The translations under genes were made by a program, and so were the position numbers. A stretch of 64,000 nt of DNA. It comes from Lingula anatina. Its lineage: Eukaryota; Animalia; Brachiopoda. The stretch is taken from positions 9,052,001 through 9,116,000 of the forward strand of contig CM120641.1 in assembly GCA_051362555.1 (NCBI GenBank), given 5' to 3'. The notes below the pieces were generated by a model. It was not told the DNA's origin and made no database searches. It worked only from the letters and a program-made list of their open reading frames with translations. Position 1 is the stretch's first letter; every line of letters starts with the position of its first letter. Shown here piece after piece: positions 12,993 to 26,706 of the stretch.

Positions 12993-15900
12993 ATGGTGAG
13001 TGAAATGCTCTTGAGCAGTTTTCTTTTCTAACGTTTATTTATTGTACTTACCCTTTATTTGTTGTTTTTACCTTTGCATATGACCATTGTTTCTTACAGG
13101 GGAAGACAAAGAAAACAAAACAGTTTGCTCAGATGAAGAGATTGATCAGTCTGAAGGACACAAGGATGTAAGTACTAGTAGCACGTCAATGAATGTCAAT
13201 CATGCCCACGTCTTGACTCCATGCTTGCCTAAATACAGGGAGGGAAATGGGAATTTTTCAGCACTGGTCCACTTGGACCAGTTGACTCTGGAGTTAGTGG
13301 TCCTAGGCCTTGGGGCGCTGGTCCAATTATGAAAGAATCGAAAAGCGGTGGATGGTTTAAACATACTGAGCAACTTCATTTTTTTTAAAATTATTATTAA
13401 AATGCGCCAATAAAATAAAGCAAATGAAGTTTAATTTTCATGTTTTTATTTTGAACATATTTAAAAAAATTGAAATCAACCATATAACTCCCAAAAATTC
13501 ATCAACATTTATTCACATTTTAAAAACTAAACAGCTTTTTCTCCCCACCTTTTATGGTTAAATGAAATGACGTCACATTACACAATAGGGTATTTTAACT
13601 ATTAGTTAAAAAATATAAAGGAGTTATTAATTTCTGGTAACTGTGTTTACCCTAACAAGGTTTGGAATTAACACAAAATAGGAAGTGACTTCCAAGTCCC
13701 AAAAGTTGAAATATAACCATAAAATGGAGCAAAAAATCCTCGCCTTTTTATTTTCCTCAAAAATCCATAGCTGTTATAAAGGAAGGTACCCGCACGCTCT
13801 TTTTTTCACATTTAGTGCTAGGTTGTTCACTTTCGTCATTTGTCGGTGTTTTTCGTTTAAGAGGCTCTGGCGGCTTTGCCACACCAGGCAAAAACCTCCA
13901 CATCGCTATAAAATTGTAAGATAAGTTGAACTAATTCAATTCACACACTAAATGTAGTTTTGATTTAATTTCCAATAAGAAAATATTTCGGCAGCATGCA
14001 AACGGCCACAACGGGAAAAGTAACGTTTCTTGTAAAATCTTGAATGTACTTATAAGCTATTGACATCGAAAAAGACCAGAAACCATTTAAAGAATAATAT
14101 TTACCCTTCAAAACTACAAAACAGCACTCAAGTAAATTAGTATTTTTACCGAAAAGGTTTGTTGCGGATGTAGCTTTTCAATCCTCGAGGCTCCGCTACT
14201 TCATACGGCGCGAATGCTGTGGTAAAACCTGATTGGTCAAAATTGACAGTCTGATGCAAGAGGTCAGGTCGCATGCAAATAACGTCTGACGTGTTCGGAA
14301 GCGTCATTAAAATAGGTCAACACATCTGAAACTCGCGTAGTCTTCGATGCAGACAAAATTGGGAGGGGATTTTATTTAAAAGAAAAATATCTAAGGACAA
14401 GTAAAAACCCCGTATATTTCTCATGTTGCCGCTGCTTATAGAGCAGTCGCCCGTTTGGACCAGTTACTGAGATTGGCACTCGCCAATTCGTTTTAGTGGT
14501 CGCATTTGGCGACTGGCGACCGCCCATTTCCCTCCCTGTAAATATCTTTAGTAATGTGACAACCTTCCTGTAGTAACTTAATTACAAGACATACTGTAAA
14601 ATACGGTAACTATTGCCTGTAATCTAAGAGAGAATTCATGTAATATTTTGTTCAATTCTGCGCATATGTTTACTTCCATATTTTGTCGGTATGTTGCGTG
14701 ACCAGTCTTCTATGTTTTGTTAACGTGTATTTTTAAATGCAAAGGCACAATCAAAAACTTTTTATCCCTATTTCATCCTTATAATTATTGACTGATATTT
14801 AAAACATTATTTAATTTATCAATTTGTAAAATATTTTACTAGTAAATGCCCAGCATCTGTAGCCCATAAAAATTACTCCTCTCATCTTCCAGAAAAGCCA
14901 AAGACAAGTACAAGGAAAAGAAGAAACGAAAGAAGGCAGATCCACAAAATATGAAGATTAGAGAACTGTTAGTATACATTTTGTTCCACATCAGACAATA
15001 TTTTAAATGGAAATGTTTCCACCTTTCATCAGAATTCTTTCAAGTCTATATAAGAACCATTAGAATTTCTTTACTATTTCATAGTAGAACGTTGAAATTG
15101 TTAGGTAAAATTAGATTGGTCATTTTATTTAATAAACAATTAATAAATAATTAATATATATGATTTTAGGATTAAATGTTTTTCATCTCGTATTATATTA
15201 TTTTCAGACCTCAAGCTTCCTCTGCATTGTTCTTCAAATACAACACAAATTTAGGCCCACCTTATCACATCCTTCTGGATACCAACTTCATCAATTTTTC
15301 CATTAAGAACAAACTGGATATAATTCAGTCTATGATGGACTGTCTCTATGCAAAGTGTAAGTAAAATGGCATTTTAAGCGTCAGTTTTTAGTTGGTTTGC
15401 TAATAGTCTAAAATTGCATGATTACTCATTGATATACAAGTATAGTGTGAATGTTGATTTTTTGGTCACTTTATTGTTATCCAGATACTTTTAATCTTTC
15501 CAAGTTGAAGAAATGGTTAATTATTGGTAGAAAGATCATGATTTACACAACATAAATCATTCAGTTACAGTGTTCTCCACGACCTGTTTTTAGGTGGCGC
15601 TGCGCCACCTTATTGAGTTTTGCGCCACCTTATGTAAACGGCCCGCCACCTTTATTTTGAGCAATGAGCAGACCTTCATATAATTTTCTTGTAGAAAAGT
15701 GAGATATTAAACTTGAACTTGCATAGCTTGACTGTCGTTTTTGCATCCCTTTGACACTAACATATCGAAAAGATACATTGTACATTTGCCGCTCACCTAC
15801 GTAGTTGTAGCCAATTTCGACCATGTGCTCTTCACGGATGACGTTTGTGAAAAGTAGTCATAGCGATAGGCTGATTTTGTCACGTGCTCCAATTACCCCG

Positions 15901-18713
15901 CCTTATCTACCGACTATTACAGAATTTTATTGCAAAAAAAATTAAATATAGAAACACGTAAGATCTCTAAGCATGGCGTCAAAGCAGAGCACGTTGACGT
16001 CTTTTTTAAAACCCGCGGAGAGTCACATTCATCAAACAAAATAGTGGATACAACCGTACAGGTAAATGACGAAACGGCCAGCGAACCAGCACCTAAAAAA
16101 CCCAAACATAGGACGGAGTTTTACGCTCCGTGGTTGAAGAAGTATACATGGCTTTGACATGAACCCGATGAAGGTAAGTAAACTACATTATTCATCATTA
16201 ACGTTATAAAATTTTACAAATTTCACCATATCTTGCGTTTGTTACCTCATTACTTACTGGAATCTATATACAACTGGAAAATAAAACCAAACCAATCACT
16301 TTAATGTCAGGGATGTTGCTTTAATACATATGTATTTCTTTCGTATTACAAGAAAACGTGGCCGCTAATATATCGAAAAGATACATTGTAATTTACCGAT
16401 CACGTAGGCAGTTTTAGCCAGTTTCGACCATGTGCTCTTCATGAATGACGTTTGTGAAAAGTAGTCTTGCATAGCGATAGGCTGATTTTGTCACGCGCTC
16501 CGTTTACCCCGCCTTTATGCTTGTATAAGGAAGCAGATTGACAGTCTTGAATATTAGACCTGCCCTTCCCGCAATCCACTTGAACGTGAGCAATCCCAAT
16601 GAGATGATGTATTCATACGTTTTTATTCAGGAATGATTAGATTATTTTTAAAATGTGAGAAGCTTTACGAGACTTTTAACCCATTTGTTAATTTAAATAT
16701 CAATAAAAGTTCATTCACAGTCATTTAGAGCAGGGCAAAGGCAGCAATGTCGATGCTATCGTATATCTGTCCGACAGAAGATCGTTGCGTCGTTAAATTA
16801 TTATGTAATGCTACATAAACATCAAATACCATTGTTTAACCATAGAAATGCATTGTTTCAGGTTTGTTTTGTGCCTGGTGTTCAAGCCATGGTCAAAGGT
16901 CCAAGAAAGGCACTGACATCTGGACCAAAGTTGGGTGCCAGACGTACAGAGAAGACACTATTATACTGGATACTGGAAAACATGCAATTTTGGACAGCTG
17001 AACTCTGTCTGACTGTACAATGATAAAACTCCAAACTTGTTGCTGGAAGGTGAAATTATCTTTCTTCCATCTTTCAACAGTTGGCACTACAACTCGTGGT
17101 GAAGGCTATCATGGTACATGATTCCCCTGTAGACATTTTATTTTATCCCAGAGATAAAATAAGTTTTAAACTCACAAGTACAAATTCTAGATTGTTTCAG
17201 AAGAGTGCACTGCATTTTATTAACTTTACTTCAATGTAACCTGATGTCAATGAAGCCATAAAAACAATGTGAAATGCCTTATGTTTCAGAGATTTATTCA
17301 AAAATAAAAGTGAAGTTTAATTCAGAGCCATGACTATTGTTTATATAAAGTAAAACTTGACACAGGAACATCTACAAAAAGATCATAGTTATCATTAAAG
17401 AAATGATGAATTCTTTTACCATAAAAATGACCTTTTAGACTTCTAAAATTGCCCAGAATGCAGGTATTTGCACCAATTTGTCAAAATTTTCCCGGGGGAG
17501 CATGCCTTTGGCGCTCGCTTCCGGAGACCCTCACCATAACTGCTCTTCCCCCACCTTATAATTTCAAGTTGTGGAGAACACTGAGTTATTGATCAGAAAA
17601 AATGTTCAATTGCATGGCAACCTTGAACAACCAAGAGTCGAAATAAAAAGTGACTAAAACTGTTTTATAATTTAGGTATTCCATATGTGTCAGACTGTGT
17701 AATGGCTGAATTAGAAAAATTGGGATCGAAATACAGAGTTGCTCTAAAGTAAGTGTTTTGCATTGATAGAAAATATCATAAATCATTGGAAAATATGATA
17801 AAATTTCAAATTATAGAATTGGGTTAAAAACAATTCATTATTAAAAGAAGCAGATAGAATCCTAAGAAAAAATACTAATAATTGTATGAATGCTTACACA
17901 CTTCCTCTTGTAGTTTTGACTTATTATATATGAACTTCTTAATTTCATTAATTTTTTCAGAATAGCAAAAGATCCCAGGTTTGTTAGATTACCTTGTATG
18001 CACAAAGGAACATATGCTGATGATTGCTTAGTGCAGAGGGTTAATCAGGTGAGGAGAATATGGTATACATTGAAAATACATTCTGCATTAGTATTTTAGT
18101 CTAATAGTGTAAACTCCTTAACTGTAATTCATTTGTCAAGATAGTTACCATTTCTAGATATGATTAAGCATTACCACATTTTTTACCAAGAGCGTCACAT
18201 ACAAATGTATAAAAAAATTGAGTAACAGTGTAGGGTCCATTGATACTTTGCATATATAATGAAGTAATATTTTATTGCTTTCTTTTAGCACAAATGTTAC
18301 ATAGTTGCTACTTGTGATAAAGATTTAAAACGGAGAATAAGGAAGATCCCTGGAGTGCCAATTATGTATTTAGCACAGCACAGGTATGGTATTGCCTTTT
18401 TTGGGCTGAACGTTTCATATTGAAGGCTTGCACTGATTTCATTGGATCTAGTAAACATTTTATTAATGTTTTACTGTATTATAGGTTGATAATCAAGTAC
18501 AGTCGTTATGTAACTCTTGAACAGGTTGTGCCAGATATTCATTAGTTAATAGAGACTGATGGTAAAAACATGTTCTAGACAATTAGAACATTTTATAACT
18601 CTAAGGTGATGGCGTGCAACATTACAGTAGGAAGCAATGACTTAATATTGTGTTTGTATTTCAGGTTTTCAATTGAAAGAATGCCAGATGCATATGGAGC
18701 ACCTAAAATATAA
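12993..18713 (+). CDS. FCF1: FCF1/UTP24 PIN-domain rRNA-processing protein, 8 coding exons
   Basis: Exons about 12993-12995 (ATG), 13100-13167, 14893-14967, 15208-15356, 17676-17748, 17961-18048, 18290-18383, 18665-18713. They join to [21 protein letters not shown]...[23 protein letters not shown]...[14 protein letters not shown]...[11 protein letters not shown]...[12 protein letters not shown]. Confidence 0.96.
13236..14538 (-). mobile_element. Non-autonomous hAT-like DNA transposon with 6-bp TSD
   Basis: 16-bp perfect TIR CAGGGAGGGAAATGGG / CCCATTTCCCTCCCTG, flanked by TAAATA on both sides. Subterminal TGGTCC/GGACCA repeats. Minus-strand remnant [18 protein letters not shown] from 13903 resembles a hAT transposase N-terminus. 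Confidence 0.85.
15568..17583 (+). mobile_element. Internally deleted hAT (hAT5-like) element with 5-bp TSD and decayed transposase
   Basis: TIR CAGTGTTCTCCAC / GTGGAGAACACTG, TSD AGTTA on both sides. Remnant [13 protein letters not shown] (15973), a frameshift, then [19 protein letters not shown]|LFCAWCSSH...WTKVGCQTY (TTF-type zinc finger split by an intron about 16174-16861), then [10 protein letters not shown], like a hAT dimerisation domain. A direct repeat of about 140 bp at 15763-15902 and 16370-16513. Confidence 0.88.
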
Positions 18714-18742
18714 CACCATATAGAGCACCTAAAATATGACAA
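18691..18742 (+). repeat. 26-bp tandem duplication spanning the FCF1 stop codon
   Basis: CATATGGAGCACCTAAAATATAACAC followed by CATATAGAGCACCTAAAATATGACAA. Confidence 0.8.
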
Positions 18743-18916
18743 CATTGGAAACTGTGCTTAAGATAAAGCCATAATGCCTTGATTATTAGAGTCCAATGTC
18801 AACATCTTGTAGAAAACTGGAGCAGAATAATGTAAACTTTATGCTGAATTTTTGTCAGAACACGGTGAAAACCTCAGTCAAGCTGGTGCAGAGAGACATT
18901 TGATGACAGTTTGCAT

Positions 18917-21900
18917 TTAATGTAATTGCTTGATGCCAAAAATCTTAAATATGACCATGGCAATGACAATGAAACCAAAAATAAATCCACCAAGTGCTGC
19001 AAAGTTCCTTGTCATGTGGTCCAGTGCGCCAGGATAGAATAAAGTTATATACAGGCTGCCATTCCTCAAACATAGCACAGGATCTGTAATGCAACACATT
19101 ACATTTTCAAAATGCATATTTTTGAGTTAATGAATTTACAAATCTAGATTGAATGTTGACATTAGAATATGCAGGTGGGAGGATTAATGTTCATGGTGTT
19201 GCTAAAATTTAAACGGGCTTGGTCAGGTACATTATCTGGCTGAATACATGAATGTTATTTCAAGGATAACTATGGGTCTGTTTATGAAGCAGCGAAGAGC
19301 AAAGATCTGATTCTTATTCATCAGTTTTCTTATAAGACACAAGATATTGAACATAACAGTTAACTTCATACTTTAAATATGAATTTACCAATTTACCAAA
19401 CTACTGAATCTAACTTCGTTTTTAAAATGGGTAGAGTTAAGGTGTAGAAAATCATGACCTACCTGAACCACAATGCAGTGTGAGATTATTAAATTCATTA
19501 GCTACAAAGATTTCACCAGCATATTTGTATGGCGATGCCCAGGAAAGCCACTGGATAATCTCGGGCATGCTGCTGACAGTCCTGTTGGATGTAAAATTGT
19601 CAAATAAATTATCATGTTATAATATAAATTATCGTGTTTATAATAGCTGAGACCATGCATACTTAAAACAACTTTAAATTGATAAGAAATATAATAAAAG
19701 ACATACACTATTTTGATTATTATTGAAAGGAGTGAGAAGGACTGAATCAAGAGAAGGTAATAATGATTAGTTTGATATAATTACATACATGCAAATTAAC
19801 ATCTAAATGGTAACAATTTAGTGCGAAAAATGGCCTAAAAAGCAAGACTACCACCCCCTTTTAAAAATAAAAATGAGGGTCATTTTCTGTTGAACAGAGT
19901 GCATAAAAAGACTGCCTAGGTCACCTGCCTGAGAAAACCTGGAGCTATGAGACCAGATATTGTTAAAATAAGTGCTACAATGCTGCTTGCTACTCTTGGA
20001 TTTTGCATCATGCCCAGTAGGATGACCGTCATGATCTCGCCACTGTAGTGGAGGAAGAACACTGTGGCTGCATGCATAGCGTAGAGTTTTGGATCCGGCT
20101 GTAAGCCACATACCCTAAATGTAAATGGTGTTAACATTGCTTCTATAATTGGTCAAATATTTTAATGATGAACACTGATCTCGACAAATATGGATTTTAT
20201 GATTTTATGGAAAAGATAAACGGTGAATGACCGAAAATCTTGTGTACTCAGAAAACTGTTCTTCAGGAGGGAAACCCCACTTACTTTAAAAACTAAACGA
20301 AAACTAGTATTGAAATTTGATAAATGCCTGGCCATAACATAATATTTTATATGCTAAACGCTTTATACGTTATCTTGTAAGTGATTGATATCATTGAGCG
20401 GATATCAAAATATTTTCAGTATCAATAATATTAGGAAAAGGTCCCAGAACTGACAACACTAGTCTACGCATTTACGCGCATTCTTTGCATTATTTACAGA
20501 CTCCCATTGTTTACAGGAATTATTTTATTGTTGATAACATGTTAGACAACAGATCAACGCATTTTGAGTACTGTCATGTTAGCAACCGTGAGTTTCATGT
20601 TACACATGCTTTGTCGATGTCATAATAGACGTAGCCTTACAGGTAGTATCAACAGGAAAGAAGTGGTATAACCCAGACTTGACTTACCAATACGTAAGGG
20701 TGCTGTACAAAATTGAGCTTAAAATGCTAAAAGGCAGGGTGTAAAGGCAAAAAGATATCAGGAACGCTGGTAAGACATAAAGACCATCCCTGGATTCTCG
20801 GTAATATAGGTCCCGTAAGCTTGGAACTGCAAAGACAATATTGATCAAGGAATGGTTACAGTGTCAGTCTGTCAACAAATTTAGAGTTTTAACAAATTTA
20901 GAGTTTAAAAATCCTTTAACAAAAATTCATATAATCAAAATATCCCATTTAAAGGCCCTCGACTTCGGATGTACAGTTACAGTTACTTAATTTCTAGGCA
21001 TGTGTCTTTTAAATGAAATGTTGAGCTCCAGAGCGATACGTACATTCTTCAATGGTGTGAAGCATCGCAGAAAATGGTGGCACGGCTACAGTTTGGTATA
21101 ATAAACCTATTCGGTCCTGAATACTTTGTTGATTGTGCTGGAGTTTTCCAAGGAACAGGCAAATCATGCCAGCGAATACGGACTGCGTGAAGATGCGTAA
21201 GAAAAATGCACTTCGGTTTCTGTACAAGTTTACTAATGACCTCCTGTAAAATGAACGAAATATTTCCAGAAAAACAGAAGGCCCTACACCTAACGATTAT
21301 TTTTTTACACAAGTTAGAAGTGCTATGCCCTTCAAAACGTTGGATATGCAATGTTCAATATTCAAGTTTATCCGTAGACTGGCAGGCTGGATATCTTTTG
21401 TAACAAATATCTTCTTTTGGAATATAAGACGAACTACATGTATTTCTACATTTCCTGGGCCAGTGATTTGATTTTAAAATATCTACATGTTACATGGGGC
21501 CCCATGTACAACGGCAACACTCCACATACCTTACAAGTATGAAAAGGGACACAAAAAATCTTAGCATATTATTTGGATTCCACATCCATGAGACGCAAAC
21601 CCTTTCCCTTCCATGATCGTCGGCTTCCATAGCTTCTGTGATTTCACCAAGCATCGATATATAGTGCGGAGACTGCAATAAGTTGGCTCGCAGATAATTA
21701 ACCCTTTCGTCGGATTCTTTTTCTTTATCGGCACTTCTCGTGTCAATACTTGATAAATCAACTGTAATAAGAAATAAAAAAGATAACAAATTAGTTTATA
21801 AAACGCTTTAAATATATACTGTATTGGCAGTGTACCAAACAAAGTCAAATACCAATAGAGTTATACAAGATTATGTACCGCAAACTCCTTCAACCATTTT

Positions 21901-24010
21901 TTCTTATTTATTAATAAATTAAACATTGACTGATTTTTTTACGAAGTATGCATCTACATGAATACTGTATTACGGTTTTGTTTGCGTGATGCCATCTAGC
22001 TCATATGCCGACACCTGCACATACCGTAGTGGTCCAGTGGATTGGCGAATGTTGGACAGGGGTATCCAAGTCTGCTAAAATAGGGCACCATTTCTGTCGC
22101 CTTCCCAAAATATATCATTTCACCTCGAGACATAATCCCAACTTGGTCAAAAGTCTTATACAGTTCTGAGCGAGGTTGGTGGATTGTACAGAGAACGATC
22201 TTGTTTCTCTGGGCCAGCTCAGCCAACGTTTGTACCAAATAATGTGCAGTGAAACTATCCAGGCCAGTTGTGGGTTCGTCTAAAAGTAGCATCTCTTTTA
22301 AAATAAGAAAAAAAAAACGTTTTAGGTTTTAAGTACTTGTAAACATAACTGCTTTGCGATTTGATTGGAGTTATGAAGTTAGTCTATTTATAATTCAATC
22401 AATTAGTATATTGCAGAAATTGTTTTGCACACCGAGAGATTGACAATAAGGCTTTCTTTCATTTTATAGCTTATGGCTATTGAAATGTATATATAGTAAA
22501 ATACTATATTTCAATTCCTCGAATTCGCCTTGATTGCATGAAAGCAAATTCTTACGTGGGTTTTGCAGTAGTTGTATTGCAATTGTCACTCTTCTTTTCT
22601 CCCCTCCAGATATCCCTCTCTCCACCATGCCACCAATCCTTGTGTTCCGCACTGGTCTAAGACCCATCTCAGATATAACGGCTTCCACCTAAAACCGCAT
22701 ATGACATAACAGATAAAATACATGATGAGTACTGTTCATACTAATCTGACAAGTCTTTCTTCTTTGTGCTTGAAATAACTCAACCAATCTAGAATATATT
22801 TTTGTATTTGTATCGCCTCATGTAACAACCCTGTTCTCATTCATCAAATGGGTTTAAGTATTCCCTGAAATTGAAGAACAATATAACAATACAACTAGTT
22901 TTGTGCCAAAAGACAAATTACGTACTCTTTCCTTCAAATTTTTTGAAGATTTCCCGACAAATTTCAGTTTTGCTATATAAGTCAGTGTTTCTTTGACTGT
23001 GAGGTTGTCCATGAGTCTATCGGCCTGTATGACATATCCTGCAGATTCTATTAAACCTGGCGTCCCCCACACCAGTCCTTGTAGCTTGCCATTGCTCCCC
23101 ATGCGATTGCAGATTACGTCTAACAAAGAAGTCTTCCCGGAACCTAGAATTAAAGCACATTATTTCATTCTCATTCTTTTATAGTGAAATTTTTGTTATC
23201 TCGAATCTAGTGCTTCATTTATACATAGACAAAATAAAAATTATAATACAAAATTCACTAGCATAGAAAACGAAATATTAGCTAAAAGCACTTCAATAAA
23301 TCGGATTTCGATTCCGTTTTGGATAGTTCTTCATGCATGCCCAATGTCAACTTAACCGCCTGGAGTTTATTCAGAAAGAGAAAGAAAGAAATCCAGTGTG
23401 TTCCCAATATCCATATTTAAATTTCCTTTAGGACAAACTAATTTCGTTGTAATCCCTCGCCATTATGAGACTATGCATGATATCGTATTTATCTGCAACT
23501 AGTGCAGTTTAAATATTATAAAGAATGTACGTTTGATTCACATAATGGTGTAGTCCTTATCAATTCCATTATTCAATTCATTTTTGAAATGAATCGCTCT
23601 GAATTGGTCATGTGACATTTTTTACTTTGATGTACTGTCACTATTGGGAATTTCATCACGGTACAGTTCTCTTATCTTAGCAGAACATATTACTTTTAGA
23701 GCCCCATACCAGAGTTTCCAAGAATTGCCGTCAGTTGTCCACTCCTGGCAATTAAACGAACGTCGTTTAGAATTTCTTTGGTTCGGCGAACTCCCAACAG
23801 CGTGTTCTTCCACCATGGTCCACGATCCTCCTTCACGCTGTAGCTAACGCCCTCCAGGCACAGAGTAAACGGAGTTTGTAAATCTGCCGGGGTGTAACAA
23901 CGGTAGGAGTTGGAGATTTGCCCCGACGAGCCTGGCGAGTAAGACCCTCTCTTGTTCTCATGGGAAGGGAGAAGCGGCGAAGTTTCCGACACCACAGGTG
24001 TGCTCGTCAT
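18917..24010 (-). CDS. ABCG5: ABCG5-like sterol half-transporter, about 10 exons
   Basis: Walker A GNSG|SGKTS, signature ISGGEKRRV, Walker B LLLDEPTTGLD, IHQPRSE, ANPLDHY|VDLSSIDTRS. TMD motifs IQDRIGLLYQ, FPSLRDLYYRESRDGLY, LHYSGEIMTVILLG and YPGALDHMTRNF match the ABCG5 subfamily. Head-to-head with ABCG8. Confidence 0.88.
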
Positions 24011-25206
24011 CCTTCACAACTTCCACTGAACTATACGTTTTCCTTACGTAAAACCTTACGTTTTCCTATTGAATGAACGTTTGACTGCATCTACCGAATA
24101 CGAAACTAAAAAATGATGTTATGAAAGGCTGGATCTTTACTGAAGGTGGTATTGTTGCTGTATTGTTCACCTGCATTGGCCCGGGTCAATATATAGAATC
24201 TTTCACTTGTGTCACATGCTCAGTAAAATCCAGACGCCTGTAACGCATTGTAGCTGGCATATCAGGTTAAGAGCTGTTTTGTTATTATCTTTATCGGTGA
24301 TAATTTTCAGTACCTATGTGAGTGCGTATGTACGTACGCTTATCAATTATTGCTTTACAAAATCTCGTTATGCTTAGTTATTTGTATTTCACATATTTAC
24401 AATAGTCAGTGTAGGCCTATTGGGGAATGTATTGGGAATGTATTACCGATGCATCGAACTGGTACTTATTCATACATAACGATATATATCTATGACAGCT
24501 TCCGCGTTCTTCATAATCAAGCGCATCTGGGAAGAAAAATTACACACTCCCTTTCCCATCTTTCGATCTTTGGGTGTTTTTAACAGACTTGGTCACTGTA
24601 ATTTGGCCACTATTCTGCATAACCCTCACAAGACTCATTTGCAGTTCATCTGCATTATTTTCGTAAAACAGACTGTGCCGATTATTTCCAGAACAATAAC
24701 CATGTCGGTGATGTTTTGACCATTTGACCGACATAATAGATATGTGCACTGGCGATTAGTACATTCTAATCTTTGTTTATGATGCTCTTGGCGGTGGGGG
24801 AGATATCAGTTGGACGGCATTATTAAACTCGTAAATATCTTGCTGCACGTGATCCTATGTCTTCGATAGACGGATCAGGAGTAGGTGTAGACTTTACCCG
24901 ACGTGGAAACCTGTTGTCTTGACTATCGAGGTTAGACCGTGAATTGGTTTGAGGCGGTTTTGAAGAATGTCGCGTTCAAAACGGTAAGAAGAGTACATGT
25001 ATATGAAGATAGTCAGTGACAGGCTGCATTGTTAACTTTTGCATCCTAAATGGAATGAGTGAGTGCCCGTGTGGTGCCGCCCAAAGTAAAACCCATGTTC
25101 ATTTATTTGCTATTTACAACTCGTATGTAGGGGAAGTCGGTATCATAAGATCGTTGCCGTTATTTAAGTGAATCTAAATTATATTATTTAAACTATTACA
25201 GCCCAG
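24011..25206. promoter_or_regulatory. Shared bidirectional ABCG5/ABCG8 intergenic promoter plus probable ABCG8 5'UTR exon
   Basis: Divergent ATGs at 24010 and 25207. Donor GTAAG at 24984 and acceptor at 25201 suggest a non-coding first exon. TTACGTAA palindrome near 24045. Confidence 0.55.
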
Positions 25207-26658
25207 ATGACGGGGCCAGATATGGAATCAGTAGATGAGAGACGTGACGCTATCAATACAAGATACGAAGAATACATTTCGTCCTATAGTCACCACTTAC
25301 CGATGAATTTACAGGTGGGTTTTTTCTTCTTTTTTTTTTCTTCTTAGACGCGGAAAAGAAATACTGATGTATTTCAAATATTTTGTATTGGCATTATTTC
25401 TTTGTAGTATGATGCTTGTTATGAAGTAAATATGTGGAATTGTCTATTTTTCAACAGGAATTGAATAAGTAAAATTTAATGAATGCAATGTAAAATGTAT
25501 CTCACATAGAAAAATAAAAGATAAGACAAAGTTGAAAAGAAGGAAAGAAACACTTAAAGAAAATTTAATTAAAGGGCTTCGATTCGTTCGTTCCAGGCTC
25601 AAGACGTATCCTATATTGTAGCCGAGGGAATGGCTAACATGTGGTGGGCGCGACTCACGTCCCTTCAGATGCCCTGGGAATGGACTCGGGGCCCGAAAAG
25701 GAAGAAGCGCGTCCTGAATGGGGTGTCCTTTCAAGTGAACTGCGGGCAAATGTTGGCCATACTGGGGAGTTCGGGTAAATTATATAATTTTTGTTTGTTA
25801 GGCAAACTGTGTTTAAATTTCAGTTTTTGGTCTTTCTTTCTTTCACTTTTTTGCCCCCTCCCTCACTCCCTCCTTTCTACTTTCCTACCTTACTTCATTT
25901 CTTTATTTTTGTTTTGAACTAACTTAACAGCACTGGGGTTTCCGATTTCCCCACTCATTAACTGCAGTTGCTTCGTAAAAATTCAAAACCCAAACCTATT
26001 TTAGGTAAAACAGTATATCAAAGATATAGGGACTATCAGTGCGCCTATGTAACAAACGGTGTCAAAAAGTGTAATAAATATTAAATTTTTAAAGTGGCAC
26101 TGCTTTTAGGTAGTGGCAAGACGTCCCTGTTGGATGTTTTGGCTTGTAGACAGACTTCAGGGGTACTTACAGGCCGAATTACTGTGAACGGCGTCGAAAG
26201 AACAGAAACGATGATAAAGCGACACGCGGGCTATGTCAGGCAAGACGATCGATTGTTACCAAATCTGACCGTGAGAGAATCGTTAATGTTTGTAGCCCAC
26301 CTCAAGCTACCCACGTCTTTCAACAAAGAACAAATAGAGACTAGAGTAAGTCATATATATTTTTTCTAGATGCACAGCGGGCTGTTTTCAGGGTTGATCT
26401 TGAAACATTGGGTTATATGTATGGAGTGACCTTATGGTTTATTTAAAAGGTCAAACTCTAATCCAGTTGAATTTTCTCAAAACCACTGATATTTTAGATG
26501 ATAAAAAGTATACAATAAATAAATAAAAAATGTAACTCTGAAATTGTGAAATAGATGTTTTTAGTTACCTTATGTTACATTTTCGATACTGATTTTATTA
26601 TATTTATTAAGGCCATAAGATGTGATAATATATATTTTTTGATAATCAAAATACTTCC

Positions 26659-26706
<48 letters not shown>

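Noticed and set aside
24857-24983. ATGs at 24857 and 24967 as the ABCG8 start
   Set aside because: Both frames hit stops (the second after splicing); treated as possible uORFs, with the CDS starting at 25207.
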